This document shows, piece after piece, positions 61,709-64,000 of a stretch of 64,000 bases of DNA. Origin of the DNA: Callorhinchus milii (Eukaryota); contig NW_024704743.1 in the NCBI RefSeq assembly GCF_018977255.1, positions 50,780,001 to 50,844,000 of the forward strand, given 5' to 3'. The stretch's first letter is position 1, and each line of letters starts with the position of its first letter. Under the pieces are notes generated by a model. The model was not told the DNA's origin. It saw only the letters and a list, made by a program, of their open reading frames with translations, and did no database searches. The position numbers and the translations under genes are program-made.

Positions 61709-64000
61709 GTGTTTCTTAAGCCTAATACTTTAAGAAATTATTTGGCCTAAACTGGTACTAACTCATCCACTGGAGTTATCTAATCTAATCCCAATTCCCT
61801 GTTCTTTCCCTATATTCTTCTTTTGTCTTTAACTTAATAATCTGTCTGTGTGAGAGAAGGAGAGAGAGAGAGAGAGATAAAAAGAGAGTAATTGAGCACA
61901 AAACTGGGAGCTACAGAAATAGGCCTCATTTAAACAACTTTATATTTCTGTACAATTCTCTCATATTAGAAGTCTTGGAAGATGCCAAAAAGAACTTTAC
62001 ATTTGTGAAGTATACTGAGGGCAGCTATGGCTGCACCAATATGCTTTATAAAAGCAGTCCTATTGTTTGTGCAATTTTAATGTATACTCTTCTTATGTTG
62101 CATGATACTAAATTGTTTGAAGAATTACATTTCATATCTCTAGTGTACAGAACCTCCTGTTGTTTTAATGCAGCCTCTGCGACTCTACAGTGATGTATCT
62201 TTGTCATTTTGCAAGAACATGTCTAGGATCCAGACAATTGTTTTGCTGATGACAGCACAATGTATGACTGACACTTTGCAATAGATTAGAAAGGATGAAA
62301 GGGGAGGAAGAGAATATGTTGGAATAGGGACAATCAAAGTGACACTGAAATAATAAACAGGAAAGTTAACCACTTTTTTATTAATGATTGAAGCATATGT
62401 TAAACTTCTATAATAAACATAGTTATGATAACTCAATGTCCTATTTCAACATTTTTTTCCACTTCAGAAGCATATTGAAGGCGATCTCAGAGCCAAGTGG
62501 TGATGCTTTGCTGTCATTTGCATTTTCAGCCAGCAAACAAAAACCTAGGCAGAGCCTTGCCCCTGACATTAGAGGAACTCGGAAAGATTTTGATGTCAAT
62601 TTGTAATTCCTGATGGAGCCCTGTGTCCTTTAAGTATAGGCAAGTTAGCAGCCATCCTCTTCCTCCTCCCTACGTGGTCTACTAAGAAACTGGAAGCAAA
62701 TATATTCTTAAAGAGACATGTTAAATTCTAGTTTATATATTCATCTAGTAACACTCAATATGGGATACCAATGCTCAATTTGTGGCAAATAACATTATTT
62801 ATAGCATCCTTGCTAAGAGAATCATGAGTGCGACTCAGTATTTACTATTGCACAGGAATCCCTTAATGTTAATGACAACCTTATAATATGACAGGTGTTG
62901 CTGTGGTGCAAACAAGACATTGTGCAAAGGGGTTCAGAACATGTAAAAATACAGCCGCATTATTTACACTGATTATGATAATCAGTTAATATGATATGCT
63001 TTATTATTGCTAATCTAATCATCTTCTCTACTTTTGATGACTTTTTTTATTTTCTTAAACAAATGCTATATAACGTACACATTCAAAGTTAGACCGAAGT
63101 TTACTTATCACGTTACTTTCAAACTCCACCTAATGAGGGGGTTTCGCTGTCAAAAACTTCCATTTCACAAGTACAGAGTAGATTCGGTACAATTTGTGCC
63201 CAATTATTTCATACCGAAACTATTCAATGAAAGCCCAGTCGGCATCTACATGTATTCTTATCAACTGCATTATTATCAGTTCTTCCCACTATCCCATCTC
63301 AAAAAGGTCAGCTTTGAGATGTAAAATGCGCATTAAGATCAAGCTTTTAATTTCATTGCTTAACTTTGTCCTCTCCTATGGCTTTTCAGAGCAAGTTTCA
63401 TGTGCTGGTAGCAGATTTAAAGCAGCAAGGCTGAAACGATATAAAAGTGGAATAATGTAGCAGGAATCAAATTTGCATGGTCAAATGTCAAAAAAATTAG
63501 GACTTCCTTAGAACCTTGTCAAGTGAAATAAAATAACTGCCCAGCTCAACAGCCAGCATGTCATTATCTGTTAGTTCAAGCTGTCATCAGCGGCTAGGGG
63601 TGGAAACAGCGGTCATTAGCTGAAAATATGCCAGTAAGCATGCACTTTTCTGTCTGACGGTATTTTACAGCCTCCGAATGTGTAACAATGCCTGCTCTCT
63701 CTTGACAGGGGCAAGCTCAACATTAATAATCATCCCTTGGCAGCCAGAGGCTACTGGATAAATACTCATTTAAAGTAATCACTTTATTTCAGCCCTGTAA
63801 TGACATTAACAAGCTTGGAATATGAGAATTACACAAGTCAGAACAAATAACTGAATATTTCATAGGCAAAGGAGGTAGCAAAGATTTGTCTGAATAAGAT
63901 TGTACTATTCACTCACTATTGCTCACAAGCAGTTACAGGACTGGGAATCACAGTCCTGTAAAATGTTTTTTATTCCCTGCATATGGCGCTTATCTGTGTG

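Overview
AT-rich, repeat-dense vertebrate non-coding DNA (large intron or intergenic). I recognise no host protein-coding exon; the ORFs I can identify are decayed retroelement remnants. The repeat set is (i) a young tRNA(Ala,TGC)-headed SINE in long and short variants, (ii) an older Deu-domain SINE with the same 3' half, (iii) L2 LINE fragments whose 3' stem-loop and tail are shared with the SINEs, (iv) CR1 3' fragments and a HER1-like LINE end, and (v) a Penelope-like GIY-YIG fragment with a decayed hammerhead ribozyme. This set points to a cartilaginous fish, possibly a chimaera such as Callorhinchus (inference only). Most notable are a SINE/L2 3' stem-loop with a compensatory base pair, several nested insertions (one creating a chimeric 216-aa ORF), a family of palindromic MITE-like elements whose arms match each other closely, several perfect fold-back inverted repeats, an unclassified dispersed repeat, and CTCF-like motifs. 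I found no convincing wholly new biological system. Boundaries were read by eye and are approximate for old repeats.
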